Part shown: positions 36,613 through 49,830 of the stretch, piece after piece | Position numbering within the stretch: the first letter of the stretch is position 1 | Layout of the letters: every line of letters begins with the position of its first letter | Position numbers and translations under genes: made by a program | Origin: Hydrolagus colliei | Taxonomy: Eukaryota | DNA length: 64,000 bases | NCBI GenBank assembly: GCA_035084275.1 | Contig: CM068757.1 | Coordinates: 10,540,001 to 10,604,000 of the forward strand | Reading direction: 5' to 3' | The notes under the pieces: model-generated | What the model was told of the DNA's origin: nothing | Seen by the model: only the letters and a program-made list of their open reading frames with translations | The model's database searches: none

Positions 36613-37477
36613 ATGTGCTGATGCCTGCAAGCCTGTAGACTTGTCAGAATACATTTCCATCCCTGCAGCTCCTCAGCCCCACAAGCGACCTTTCCAGTCA
36701 CTCAATAGGACAATGCACAGATTGGCTCGGCCATCTTAACACTCCAGAGGGCAAAGATCAGCCATGTTGACGTGTATTCCTGGCTTCTCTATTGGAGGCA
36801 AGAGCCTTTGACATTCATACGCCTCTGTTAGCATCAGAGAACAGGAAATTTGTTTAAGCTCTTGCCTATAGAACAACACACAGAGAATGCACTCTCTCTG
36901 CATTGCCTACAAACCTATATGTTCCCAAAGCAGAGGCCTGAGAAGTACAAGATCAGCCAGACTGAGTCAGAAAACTGATTGATCTGGATTTCCTCCAGAT
37001 TCATTTACATTGGGACACATTCCAATTGGATCCAACTGGATTCATCCCTTATCTCAACCCGAGTCAGATAGACTGCTCTTCGCTGTTAACACAAGTCCTT
37101 GCGCTTCACATGACGGAGCCACACTGCGACCAGCGCAAAGGAATTAGTTAACAGATTTTTCAATTTCCTTTAATAGAATTTGACAAATAAAGACAGTGTG
37201 TGAGAGCTGGAGAGGAAAATCGGCCACCTGTTTTCTTGCACTCGGCTGCTTGCCTCCTGTTCTCGCCAGGTTCTTTATCCACAAACAGTTGGCTCTATTC
37301 TCAGCCCTCCTCGGCTCTGTGGCTGTGTAACTAGCTGTGCCCCTGCCAGACTGCTTGGCTCTCTGTTGCATTACCCCACATTGCTCTTGCTCTTAGACTT
37401 TATAAAGAAGCTACAATTGAGAGGCCAATATCCGCACTGATCAGCACCCTTCGTAGATATGAGAACAATAGGGATGT

Positions 37478-37841
37478 AATAATAATAATAATAATGCTTA
37501 CTTTTGATATAGAGCCTTCTCATGTCATCGAGATGTCTCAAAGTGCTTCATAGAATATATTGTAAAGTGGATTTACTGTGTATTTTTGTGGGTGAAACAC
37601 GGCAGACAATTGCGCACAGCCGTTTCCCACAAACAACCGTGGATTGATTTCTTTTTGAAGGGATAATTATCCCCAGAAAGCAATCTGACAATCAACTAAC
37701 ACCTGGGTTCCTACTAACTACTAGGGAAGCAGAAGTGTGTGGAGTAAGGAAACTTATCTAAGCTTTTGCCCTGCCAGGGAAACAAACCCGGGTTCTATCA
37801 CTTGCAAGGCGAATGTGCTAACCACTATACTACAGGACTCC
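37478..37841 (-). mobile_element. Full-length tRNA-Ala-like SINE with extra internal domain
   Basis: (AAT)n tail through CTTGCAAGGCGAATGTGCTAACCACTATACTACAGGACTCC. Confidence 0.85.
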
Positions 37842-38054
37842 ATATAATACAATAATTCTTGCATTTGATATAGCGTCTTATCAGATCATCGAGACGTCTC
37901 AGAGCGCTTCACAGGATTTGTGGGCAGATATCATCATCGTGCAGAATGCAATGTACAGCACTAAGCAAAACCCTCTTCCATTAGGAGTGTTACAGTCACT
38001 GTGGCATTCCCTCTGTTAGATTTCCTGGGCTCCCAAGGTCACTGGGCTCAGTTA

Positions 38055-38440
38055 CTAATAACAACAACAAATTGCACTTATATAGCGCCTTCCACGTAGG
38101 GCTGTGTGTCAGAGGGCTTAACAATAGCGCAACCTGCCCCATAGCTGGCGGAGGGGGGAAGGTAACCGTAAACACGGTTGAAAAGGAAGGTGTTAAGATG
38201 GGACTTGGAAAAGGGAGAGAGGGAGCAAGATGGAGGGATTGAAGGAGAGTGTTCCAAAGTTTAGTGCCTGAAAGCATGATCTCCGATGGTGAGCGGAGGG
38301 TGTGAGGGTCGAGCAGGAGGCCAGTGCCAGTCGAGCAGAGGTGTCAGTTGGTGGATTGAGGTGGGGGGGGGGGGTGGGGTGATGTAGGGAGGTGCCGGAG
38401 AGTGAAGGGATTTGAACATAAGTATGAAGATCTTGAAGTC
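38055..38440 (-). mobile_element. LINE2 3' fragment
   Basis: (CAA)n tail; minus strand reads KLWNTLLQSLHLAPSL. Confidence 0.75.
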
Positions 38441-39704
38441 AGTATCTGTCTGACTTGCTGAACTGGAACCTGATACCTATTCTCTCTGATTCTATTCCTC
38501 TTACCAACTCTCTCTTGCTGACTTACCCTTACTCTCGCTAAATCTCTCTCTCTCTCTCCCTTACTTACTCACTCTCTCCCTCACTCTCCCCCTCTTTCAC
38601 TGACTCTCTCATGTGGAGTATAATCAACAGCAAGGACTAGTGTGACTGAAAGGTCAGTTTCAGATCTATAAAGTCTATGTATTTCTATCCACCCCATTCT
38701 GTACAATTACAAGAGCTTTCCGCCTTGCACTCACAGTTTTTGCTCTCACTTGGGAAGCTCTGAACACTGGTTAGAATTCACATACAAGTGACATATCAGC
38801 AGATAAACAGACCTGCAATTATCTGGCATGCAAATAGGCATCACTCGGAGAAATGTTGTTTGTTTGCTATGTGCATCATGAGGCAGTTGTTGTTCCCACA
38901 CAAGCACACAGGGCCGGTTCAGAAAGTCAAACCTCCCCCTAATTTGTGTGACACCTCAGCCTGTATATTATCCTATATGCACACACCCAGCCTACCTATC
39001 ATGCTTTCTATACAATACCAGCAAATGTGTAGTCCTGTGTGCAATGTAACCCAAGAATACATTATCCTATATGTACCACAATCACATATCAGTCAGTGGA
39101 CCATGATGCACATACCCCAGTCTAGCATTACACCAGACAATATTTCCTGCCTTGACAGCTCAGCTTGATGTCCACAGTAACAATCACTGGCTTGAATTTT
39201 CATACAACCCTGAGTCCAGAGGTAAACAAAGAGAGCAACAAATCCATGGTTTTATGTATAAACAAACAGGTCAGTGAGGCAGATCAATACACACGATGAG
39301 AGCCTGTGGGAAATGTCTCTCTGTAAAGAACTCCTCGATACAGTAAAGCAGCACTAATTAAAGTGGAATAAAGAGACTCTAAATATAGGCGGGCAAGGAA
39401 CGAGCGGAATTTGAGACCGAAACATCGAGCGGATTTTATATTTTAGTTTGGGTTGTCATGAAGACAATTCACAAATAGGAAACAGTTCACAGGCAGAGGA
39501 GGGCTTACCTCAAAGGTTCAGCTTTATCCTAATGAGTTTGTAGGCTATCTTGCTGTGTGTGTAATTAGAAGAGGAAAAGCTGTGAGAAGCTGGGCCGGTT
39601 TATTTGATTATCTGCCCAAATAGTTGACGTCAGTGTCATTCTGTCTCGATTGACCCAGTGATGCCACTATATTGGTGATCTTAGATTTGTTACTGAAATC
39701 TCAA

Positions 39705-40300
39705 CTCATTGCTGCATTGCTGGAGGTGCTACCCTTTGGATGAGAATTTAAAACAAGAGCATTTCCGCGTGTTCTGGGGGGGGGGGGGGGGGTTAAAGAT
39801 CCCTTGGCACTATTCAAAACCAGAAAAGCGTTTCTCCTGGAGTGCTTGCGAACAATCTCCCAAATAAAATTGGTCATTCACATCATGGCACCGTGTTTGT
39901 AAGAACTTTACTGTGTGTAAACTGGCTGCTGTGTTAATCTACAAAACATCTACTGCCTTTAGGGCATTGGTTAGAGCACTTGTCTCGCAAGTGAGAGCAC
40001 CCAGGTTTGATTCCCGGGCAGGTTGATACCTGAGCCAAGTGTTCTTAATTCGCACCCCTCTGTTTACTTAGCAGTGAGCGGGAACCTGGTTGATTGGCGG
40101 AGCACTTTCCGGGGGCAATAATCTATTTTTTAAAATGTGGTCACTCAATTCCTGACCGTTTGTGGGACACACTGTGGTGCAATTGGCTGCCGCATTTCGC
40201 CAACAAAATAAAAGGTCAATTCAGTTTACAGTAAGTTCTGAAATACTTTGAGACGTCTCAATGACGTGATGAGGTGCTTCATCAGATGCAAAGATTATTG
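39705..40300 (+). mobile_element. Deu-SINE fragment followed by a tRNA-Ala-like SINE
   Basis: GGAGGTGCTACCCTTTGGATGAGA..TTAAAGATCCCTTGGCAC; then GGTTAGAGCACTTGTCTCGCAAGTGAGAG head, body and tail. Confidence 0.8.
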
Positions 40301-41339
40301 TTAATATTGTGAATCACTTAAAGACATTCTGACAACATGATAATGCGCTACCTCAAATGCAAGAATTAAAAATGTCTGCCATGTGATAACACGGGGTCTT
40401 GTTGTAAGGACTGGGCTGGAGCTCCAACAGAGGACCAATTTCTCTCTCTGTTGAAAAATTGCCGGAAAATCAATGCAACAGGGTTTGAGACAAGCGAAGC
40501 GTCATTCTGTTTCCGTTCTCCAGTAGAGCCTTTGTGCGATATAATAGGGATTTTGTGCTCCCTTTAATTAACTTGAGTAGATTTTATGTGGGATAATTAC
40601 TTGAACGAACAATATCAAACACAACCAAATCCAATTAATTATGTACAATTACGTTGACTAACAAATGACTATCTGAAAAAAAGTTGACACAAACTGAATT
40701 TGATGCCAGTCAGTGCACACTGACACCAGAGCAACACATTGTCTTTCTTTGTTTGTACAGGAAAGAGAACATTTATTCTGCTAAATCTGTTTCTAAATCT
40801 GTTTCCCTTTCAGTAAAAATGTGACAGTTTCCCAAGAGGCCAGCTGGCCAGACTGTGCTCAAAATGATTCCGGAGTGATCACATCCAGCTGTTTTTCCTC
40901 TTGTTGGACTTCCTAAGGCTCCCCTCTCCGCACGCCTCCTCCTCCCCCCACCAGCCTGGTATTAGATAAACAGGGTGCTTCCTCCCAAGGAGAGTGTGTG
41001 GGCTCTATTCCAGACACTGGGAAATTTCCATGCGGATGTGGAAGTGTGAAGCCCTCTAAATATTGAGTTGGCTGACAGTTGGCCAAGGAATGTCAGAATT
41101 GAGCTTGCCTTCTATGGAAATCTCGATCATCCTATTCCTGAGCTAGGAGGGTCCACAGTATTCCAGGGCATTGACATTGACAGCACAGCCCAGCCTAGAT
41201 CATCTGAAGGACCTGGACGGGCGGACGAGTCACTAAGGACAGGCATTCCTTGCCCCACTTAACTCCTGTTAACTCTGCAAACCAAAGCCCAAAGCCAAAG
41301 GATGGAATGATCCCAGCTCGACAAGTGGTGCGAAGCTTG

Positions 41340-41720
41340 CCTCACCCTTGTCTTCAAATCCCTCCACTCCTCTGCACCCCCTACATCTCTGACCTCCTCT
41401 CTCCTCAAACCAGCACCCATTGCCTTCGCTCAACTGGGTCTGACCTCCTCCATATCCCTCGAATCTTCCGCTCTACCCTCAGCGGCCATGCCTTCAGCCA
41501 CTATGCTCCGAGGCTTTGGAATTCCCTTCCTCACTACCTTCGCCTCGCCCCCTCTTTTCTCAGCTTCAGGTCCCAGCTGAAGACCTTTCTCTTCGACCAC
41601 GCCTTTGGTCACCTTTCTACCCCTGCTCCTGGCTCGGTCCCGGGATCCACTATTGTGAAGCGCTCTGAGACACTGTCCGGCATGAAGGGCACTATATAAA
41701 TAGAAGTTGTTGTTGTTGTT
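41340..41720 (+). mobile_element. LINE2 3' fragment
   Basis: PYISDLLSP..SGHAFSHYAPRLWNSLPHYLRLAPS..FRSQLKTFLFDHAF and (TTG)n tail. Confidence 0.9.
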
Positions 41721-41804
41721 GCCAGTCAGGACTTTCAATCACTCTGTATGAATATTTAGCTGGTTAAACTCCAGCAGTACTCCTACCTTCACAAGAGGCT
41801 AGGT

Positions 41805-42155
41805 ATAGTGACTGTGTAGCTGTGGGCGACTGGAACAGTCAATTTGCACACAGCCATGTCTCACAAACAGCCATCAAGTGAATGACCAATTATATCTGGG
41901 TGAGTGTTGGCCAGGACGTTGGAAGATTCCATTCTCTTTTTGAATAGTGCCATGTGGTCTTTCACATCCACCTGAACAGGCAGAGAGAGTGGCCTTGGTT
42001 TAATGTCTCATCCAAAAGACAGCACCTCAGACAATGCACCACAAGCCCCGTCATTGATCGTCAACCTAGACTGTGAGTTCGACGTTCCAATGTGGTGTTT
42101 GAACCTGTAACCTTCTGACTCAGAGGCGAGAATATGACCAACTGAACCAGAATGA
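41805..42155 (-). mobile_element. Deu-SINE
   Basis: Deu core and head TTGAACCTGTAACCTTCTGACTCAGAGGCGAG. Confidence 0.85.
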
Positions 42156-42471
42156 CTGCAAGACCTTATTCTGTGAACAATACCTCAAATGTGGCCTGTC
42201 TCTAGGGAAGGCTTTATCTTAATAATACAATAAGAATAATACAGGTACTTACATTTGATATAAATGTTATTACTGTCAGAAAACAAAAAGAATGAAAAAT
42301 GGTTCTAGCCTGGAGCCAGAACATGGTAAAGAAAAAGAAAGAGATGAATGATGCACGTGTTATGAAGATTTCATAAGCCTTAATTATACTTCTATTATAT
42401 TTTTGATTGTATTACCACTGAATATATTTTCAGATCCCATGACATGAATGTTGCTTGCTTTGGAGAGATGG

Positions 42472-42752
42472 AATAATAATAAACCTTGCATTTGTTATAG
42501 TACTTTTCACATCTTCTAGACGTCTCAAAGAGCTTCACAGAATATAATGTAAAGTGAATTGACAGTATAAATGTGGGCAAACCGTGGCAGCAGTGTCCCA
42601 TTAACAGTTATGGATTGAAGTGATCAATTTTTCATGAGGGGTTTATTAGCAGGCATGTGGAGTAAGGAAACTTGCCCAGGTTTTCCCCCTGCCTGGAATC
42701 GAACCTCTCATTTGCAAGGCGAGTGCTCTAATCACTGAGCTACAGGACTCCA
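42472..42752 (-). mobile_element. Short tRNA-Ala-like SINE
   Basis: Head TTGCAAGGCGAGTGCTCTAATCACTGAGCTACAGGACTCC. Confidence 0.9.
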
Positions 42753-42920
42753 CGTAGCGCTTTATATAGTGCCTAAGCAGGTCGTTGAGATGTCTCAAAG
42801 CACTTCGTAGAATATACTGTAAAGTTAATTGACTGTACATTTTAAGTAATACAAAATATAAGCAAAGAAATTGAGGTGGCGGAAAATGGCACGGACATCT
42901 CTCAGTCTCCTTTTATAAAG

Positions 42921-43098
42921 CAACGACAACAACAAAACTACATTTATATAGCCAAAACTACATTTGGCTTGTGGTGCATTGTCTGAGGTGCTGTCTTTTG
43001 GATGAGATATTAAACCAAAACCACTCTCTCTGCCTGTTCAGGTGGATGTGAAAGACCACATGGCACTATTCATGTTGGGAGGACGACCTAAGGCGCTG
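42921..43098 (-). mobile_element. LINE2 tail interrupted by an inverted copy of 41941-42047
   Basis: CAACAACAAAACTACATTTATATAGC [insert] TGTTGGGAGGACGACCTAAGGCGCT. Confidence 0.8.
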
Positions 43099-46000
43099 GT
43101 AAGCTCTACTGTCCAGCTGTCCCAAACTAAAATAACAACAACAAAACAACATGCACACCAAACTATCGCGACTTCCTGGTGAAAAAAAGTGTTTACGATG
43201 CTGATGCTTAAGAATGATGTGTTCAGAAAAGGGTTCATGAAGCAGGCCCAATTAATGAAGAGAGATCCCTGCTCAGGTTTCGTAGCTAAGAGATTCATTT
43301 ACGAAGAAACATTTACCCCATTATGGATAATAGTTTCTTAAAGGTGTATCATTCCTTCAATATGCTTAAAGAGAGATGCTAAAATTAAGCTCTTTGATAG
43401 AATCAACTGTTCTCGTTTTTATCCAGCTTGGAACATCAACTAAAACTGGATGTAAATTCATCTTGCAGATGCAGGATGTAATTAAATGCAAACCAAGTCA
43501 AAGCCCATCTTTTACAAGCTGAGGAGACTACACTGCTTCACAAAAGAACATCACAAATGCTCTTCTGGTCATTCTATATGAGGTAGCAGGGCCTCTTAGC
43601 AGTAATCATCATCCATTGTTGAAATGATCTAATTGTCCCTTGAAGCCAAGTCATCTGCTCTAGGAGACGGTAGTCTTTCACGAGGATATGGCCACCCCTG
43701 TCAAACGCTCATTAGTGTCACAACAGTGATAGATGACCTCCAATTGAGACTCAGCTGCTCAAAGCAACACAATTCATTTCAAGGGACACTTTCCATCATC
43801 AGAGCTGGTTATTGCTGGCAATTCACGGAATGAATTGTGCAGGGATGTCAGTTGTCCCAAAGAGAAGCTGGGAATCATACAACAAGTGAGTGTGGAGGTG
43901 GGTGGGAGAATACTGTTAGCCAGAATGCTGGGAGAAACTCCCTTTGCATTTGAATTTAAATAATACACATATACAATGAAACAATTTCACACTGTCAGGA
44001 GAATGTCTCAAAGGGCTTAACAGTGCTGATTGCATACCTTATCTGGTGTGAACCAAATGTGCATTTGATATAGCGCCTTTCACACCAGGGAGTCGTCTCA
44101 CAGGATACACTGACTGTAGATTTTGTAGACAGTTAGATTTATTGAAACCATATGACATAAATCAAAATATTCAATCAAGATACTACTGGAAACACACTAC
44201 CAATTGATCACAGACTTACCTGGACTTGTGAGAATATTCAGGAAGGGCCACTTCTTGACATAATAACACAGTTTGGCTGATTCTGAATTAAACTGAATGA
44301 TGAGTTGTCCAGTTTTGCATCTGATTTCTACACGAGGGTTCAATTGTTATTCCTCAGAATTGCCAAAAAAAAATCCAAATCCGGTGAGAAAAGTTCTCCA
44401 TGCTTCTTCCTCGCAGAAAGATCGCTGACTTTGCCTGCAGCGCATCTCGCAGGAATGTTCATCCTCAAAGTTTAATTAAAAGAAAACTTTTCTTTCTATA
44501 TCTCCTACTTAGACCATCGTTCACAACTGTCAGAAATCTAATTTTGTTAATATCTATTATTAATATCCTCCAACCTTCTTTTCGTTCCTGACAGAGTTTA
44601 GTGTGATTGCCCCTGTAAAAAGGGCTTTCAGTAATTTGCTGTCAAAACTTTCATCTTTGTCACAAGTGTCAAAGTTTTTAGCCTGTGGGCCATACACTGT
44701 TATCTAGAGTGTGATTACGTTTTTTTGTTGCAATTTAAAACCCTCCCTCACAAAGTACAGTACTTCACAGAATAGACGGTAAAGTGAATTGACTGTATAT
44801 TTTGTGGGCGAAACATGGCAGCAAATTGCGGCCAGTAGTGTCCCACAAACAGTCGTGGATTGAGTGAACAAATTATTATTATTAACCAACTAAAACTAAT
44901 CCCAATTAAAAAAGGGATGAGATATGGAAAAAGATTAACAGTTCCATAGAGAATGTAGTTAAGTCTAATCTCGTTGAAGTTTATAAAATGTTAAGTAGTA
45001 TAGATAATGCAAAGCCAGACAATTACTGCACAGTATGACAAGAATATATGACTCAAAGATAGAAATGGATCTGGTTAAAATTTGAAATACAAGAATATCA
45101 GGCAGAAAACTTTCCTCAGAGACCCAGTGCTCTGTGTTGTATCAATTTAAGTAAAATATACTGGAAGTTGTGTCCTTCACTGTGTCAACTCCAACAAGGT
45201 CTTTCAAATTCCATGTTTTTAGCCTTAAGTCCATTGCGTTAAAATTTAAGATAATGCAGAATATTGAAAAGTTTTTAAATTATTAAGAACATTGTAAACA
45301 TGATTCTCAAATTATGATTGAATTTAAAAAGCTTCCATCAGTCACATATTTTAAGACCAAGAGAGTTAAGCCTAAAATCGTCTGAATTTCCATTCCTCTT
45401 GGGTTCTTGTGTTTAATTTTGGTCACAGTGTTACAGAGAGGGCATCTTGGCATTGGAGGGAGTACAGGAAAGGACAACTAGATTTTGGCTAGAATTACTC
45501 ACCTGAGGTCTAAGGAGGGGTTATGAGGCTGGGAATGTTCACACTGGAGAAGAGAATTAGATAGTGTGACATAGCACAGAAAAAGGCTATTTGGTTTTGC
45601 CAGTGTTTATACTCCACACACGCATCCATCCCCTCTGTTCCCCTCTCCTCTAACCAATCTCTTTCATGTATACATCAAGTATTCTCTTAAAACATATTGA
45701 TGGTTTTTACTTCAACCACAGTTACTATCAGTGAAGGGAACAACCAATTTTAATCTGGGGTTTGTTGGCCAGGACAGCAGGAATAACTACCTTCCATTTT
45801 CAAATCTGTAATGTCCGCTTGAATAAGGAGGCGGGAGCTCGGTTTAATGTCTAGGATGAAGGCTGACATTTCCAACAATGAAACACTGCATTAAAGTGGC
45901 AGCCTGTGAGGTCGCAGTCCCAGTGATGAAGGTTCTTGATGCCCTTCAAATCATGGGATCATTAAAATTGTACACAATACTTAACTCTGGCCAAACTAAG

Positions 46001-46828
46001 TTCTCCTACAAGGTAACAACAGGGAGAGGTTCTACACGGGTCTGGACTTTGTCTGTTGGTTATTTTAGAATGCCCAGAATTTGACAAATTTTTGCATCTA
46101 GCGATAATTTTGCAACAAATATTGCTTCCTGTAGGTTCTTTTTAAAGGCCGCGCGAAAAAAAAACGCAGCTTCAAAATTAAGACTGAACTTAAGCAAAAT
46201 CTAAGTTGTGGATGCTGTGAAATACTAGGAGAACAGTGTTAAGTCAGTTGGGGGAAAATTGCTTGATTATGAGTGTGATGGAAGCTTAAAGTGAAGCACT
46301 GACACGGAACATCAGGTTTTCTATAAAACATCCTGGCCCAGTCCTGCTAGCAGTATGAAAGGGAAAGCAGTCAGCTTTGGAGAATATTAGATTGATGTCT
46401 TGCCGTTTTCAGTTTCATTGCCTTCAGGGTTAGGGCACGTATCACCGAATCTTCGCTTATCAAAGACATGGAGGCAAGAGTCTGAGACGCCGGCAAACTG
46501 CATTGGGCTCAATGATGGAGAGGCCTTGGCAGGCCAAGTGGTCCTTTCTTGTTCTATTCCACACTGTAAATAACTTGGAGGACAAATCTGCTGCCAGTCA
46601 GCTGGGCTGCAACAGTGATGCACTTTCAGGCTTTGGTCAGTCTCGTAAAAGTAATAAGCCTTTCACTGCACACACTGATGAGAGGAAACACTTCCCATGC
46701 TACTGTTTGGCGCACAACAAAGGGATGAGATAAAGAGATAAGATATATCTCTGAAAATCATTATCAGCCATTATCCTGAACCAGGACACTGTAGACGATG
46801 AAGCAATGTGAAGCTTAGTGTTAAATTG

Positions 46829-47058
46829 TGGGGTTTTAGCTGGTTAAAGTCCAGCAGTTACCTCAATGCACGCTCTAGGGTCCTCAAACTTTTGTTGCTG
46901 CCCACCTACATGGAATACTCTCCTGAATTAGGTATGCAGAGTGCACATTCTATTCCAGATATATCTAGGTAGCTTACGTGTATGGAATTCTCAGTTTGGT
47001 TTGGATATTTGTAAGCACAACAATGAGTTTCTGCATGTCTCAGACACATGGCTGACCA
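46829..47058 (+). repeat. Unclassified dispersed repeat 'X'
   Basis: GGTTTTAGCTGGTTAAAGTCCAGCAGTTACC..GGAATTCTCAGTTTGGTTTGG..TCAGACACATGGCTGACC. Confidence 0.7.
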
Positions 47059-47974
47059 TCACAAAGAAACTGTTAACAAATTAGTTGAAGAGAAACCATC
47101 TCTGCCATACACAGAGAACAGAGTTATAATAATTGTAATAGTCCTTGCATTTAATATAGCAACTTATCACATCATTGAGGTGTCTCAAAGTACTTCTCTC
47201 TCTGGCTCTGTGTGTGTGTCACCCTGTGTTAGCACGCATGAGTGGGTGTGTGTCCCTTTATTGATCTGTGTGTGACACTGAGTTTGTCTCTGCATAGTGT
47301 TAAATTTAAGGAGAAAATGGTCTCTAACTGAGAAGAGGTTGGATTTCTGTGATTTTGAGCAGGATGTTCACTAGCTTTCATCGGAGGGTCTGAGCCTGAG
47401 GTGGAACGAGTACCATTCCCACGTGCATTAAACTGGAGTCCACACCATTACCGCAAGTCCTGCTCTGTCGAGCAAACAGAGCTGCACACCATTAGCATAA
47501 GGAATATTGTGATAGTGCCTTATCTTCTAACTGGTTTAATTAAACATGGAGTGCTGTGTGTGCTGTTCCTTAAATCGGCAGATTGCAGATACCTCTGTTT
47601 GTCACCCAGTAATTAAATTAGATAAGGGATTGGTTGGCAGAGCTGGAAACAGGCTGGAGGGAGCTGGCTGTAGATTCCAGCCATTCACTGAAATTATTTG
47701 TTATGTCAAGTTGAGGAGTGAGTGTAGAGTACGGGGCTCTCTCTGCTAGCTCAGCTCAGTTAACAATGCTCTCACTTCTGGATCGGAAAGAGCAATGGTA
47801 GAGGTGCGTAATTAATTCCGCCCAATCTTCGCCTGCGAGATCATTTTGTCTTCATTTTTAATGTCTCGGGGATATTGTTGAAACTTTTCAATTTAGTCTA
47901 AATTTGGAAACCGGATTTCTTGAAAAGAAACTAGCTTCCTAACTAAGGAGTTTTCCAAAATTCTGCATGTGTCA

Positions 47975-48110
47975 CTCTGTGAGTGTGGTTGTGCATGGTT
48001 GTGTGTTTGTGTGATTGTGTGTGTGTGTCTATATGTGTGTTGTGTGTATAGATGTGTTCATGTGTGTTTGTTTATCTGTGTGTGCTTGTATTTATGTGTG
48101 TGTGGGTGTC
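47975..48110 (+). repeat. (GT)n degenerate microsatellite
   Basis: GTGTGT tract. Confidence 0.85.
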
Positions 48111-48229
48111 TTCATTTTTAAGACACAGCAGAATTTGTCTTGCCTGTAGCCCAGAATCTACAGGCTAAGACTAGGTGGATTTTCAGATCCCAGGTTCAGT
48201 TGCGATATGCCCTAAAAACAAAGAGGTGT

Positions 48230-48625
48230 GGGCTTGGCTCAGTTGATAGCTGGGAGTAAGAACATTGTGAGTTCAAGCTCTGCATCAGAACTAAGAGTTC
48301 ATAGTCTAGGCTGATACTCCAGTGCTGGGGGAATTCTGCGGTGGTGCTTCCTTTGAGACATTACACCAATACCCTGTTTGACTGTCCGGATGGATGTTAA
48401 AGATCCCATGGTACTACTTATGGAAAGAGAGGGGAGTTTTTCCTGGAGTCCTGGCCCACACTTTTTCAGTTTGCTGGGCATTGCTGCGTGCAAATTGGCT
48501 ACTGCTTTTGTCTGCAAAATACCATCACTGTATTCACAATTTATCCTGTGAAGCGCTGTGAGACGTTCCTCCTTGAGATGATATAAAAGACACTATCAAT
48601 ATAATGAATATCATAATAATAATTA
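48230..48625 (+). mobile_element. Deu-SINE
   Basis: Head TTGGCTCAGTTGATAGC, GGATGTTAAAGATCCCATGG, and tail. Confidence 0.8.
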
Positions 48626-49699
48626 TTAATATTTCTCTGGTTTATTCTAACACAAGATGGGTTATGAGCTGAAAGGTTAAGGCATGGAACGATGGAATGT
48701 GCTCAGTTAGTCTGGATTCTGGCTTGAATTACATCTGTGCACAGGGCAAACTTTAAAGAACTGTTCTTCAGAAGATGGAATGAGTGGAGTCATGTTTAGT
48801 ACAGAGCAGATCACCTCTGTGCTATTGTTGCATGGTATCAAGAACTGACCAGCTTGGCACAACCTTCTGACTCCGAAGCAAGAGCCAGGTGGTAAGTCAA
48901 GGCAATGGGACTTTTGAGCTGATCACTCTTTGCCTGCATTCTATAACCCTGTTCATTGGCAATACATCAGGACCCGATGTAACGGATTGCTGTCAGAACA
49001 TGAAAAGCCAGGAATTAGCAGAGGAAATACAGCCCATACTCTGGTGACATGACTGTGTGCATGAATCTTCTCCCCCTTTCCACATTTAGACATGAAATAA
49101 TTACGCAGCCACCTTTTTATTTCAGACGTTGATAGATCACTGATAAGATGTGAGAATTTTATGCTAAATTTAGCTGCTCTATTGTTAGAGTAAATTACCA
49201 ATCTTCCCTTCGAGAGCCTCACCTGTTCTTTTATCCGAATTCTAACAAAAGCTGGAGCTCCGAATGAAAAACGCCCTCACCCCCCACACACACAAGCACA
49301 CCCACCCACACACACAAACACAGTCATGTATACACATGGAACTACATCTACATTAAAGGGTAGAAATTAGAAAGAAAAACAGGAACTGGAGGAGGCCATT
49401 CAGCCCACTGAGCCTGTTCTATCAGTTTTCTTGGCAGATGCCTCACAAAACACACAGCCACTACACTTTACAGTATAATCTGTGAAGCGCTTTGAGACAT
49501 CTCGAAGATGTGATAAGGCAAAATATCAAATGCATGGTATTACAATATATAATTATTCTATAGGAAAACTTGCATCAGGCCCAGACCTCTGCGAGCTGAT
49601 TTTAGCTGTCAGGTGGAACCAAATGACCTTCCTGACATGTAGATTTCACTTCTGCAAATAAACAGGGAGCTGACCTGGCTAAATCACTCTATAGGCTTG

Positions 49700-49830
49700 G
49701 AAAGCACAAACACACAAACTACCACAAAACACACACACCCACTTAACCTCAAACTCACACACACACACACACACACAGTCACACACCATGCACATGCACC
49801 ACGTACATATTCACACAGACATGCACCTGC
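49700..49830 (+). repeat. (CA)n microsatellite
   Basis: CA tract. Confidence 0.85.

Noticed and set aside
41221-41245. Hammerhead-ribozyme-like string CGGACGAGTCACTAAGGACAGGC
   Set aside because: A stem-II-like GTC..GAC is present, but the core CUGANGA and GAAA are both broken and I see no stem I/III pairing.
44215-44290. Minus-strand donor (CTTACCT) with a possible 63-nt exon; a similar donor lies at ~39505
   Set aside because: Weak acceptors and unrecognisable peptides; the 39.5 kb candidate has stops in all three frames.
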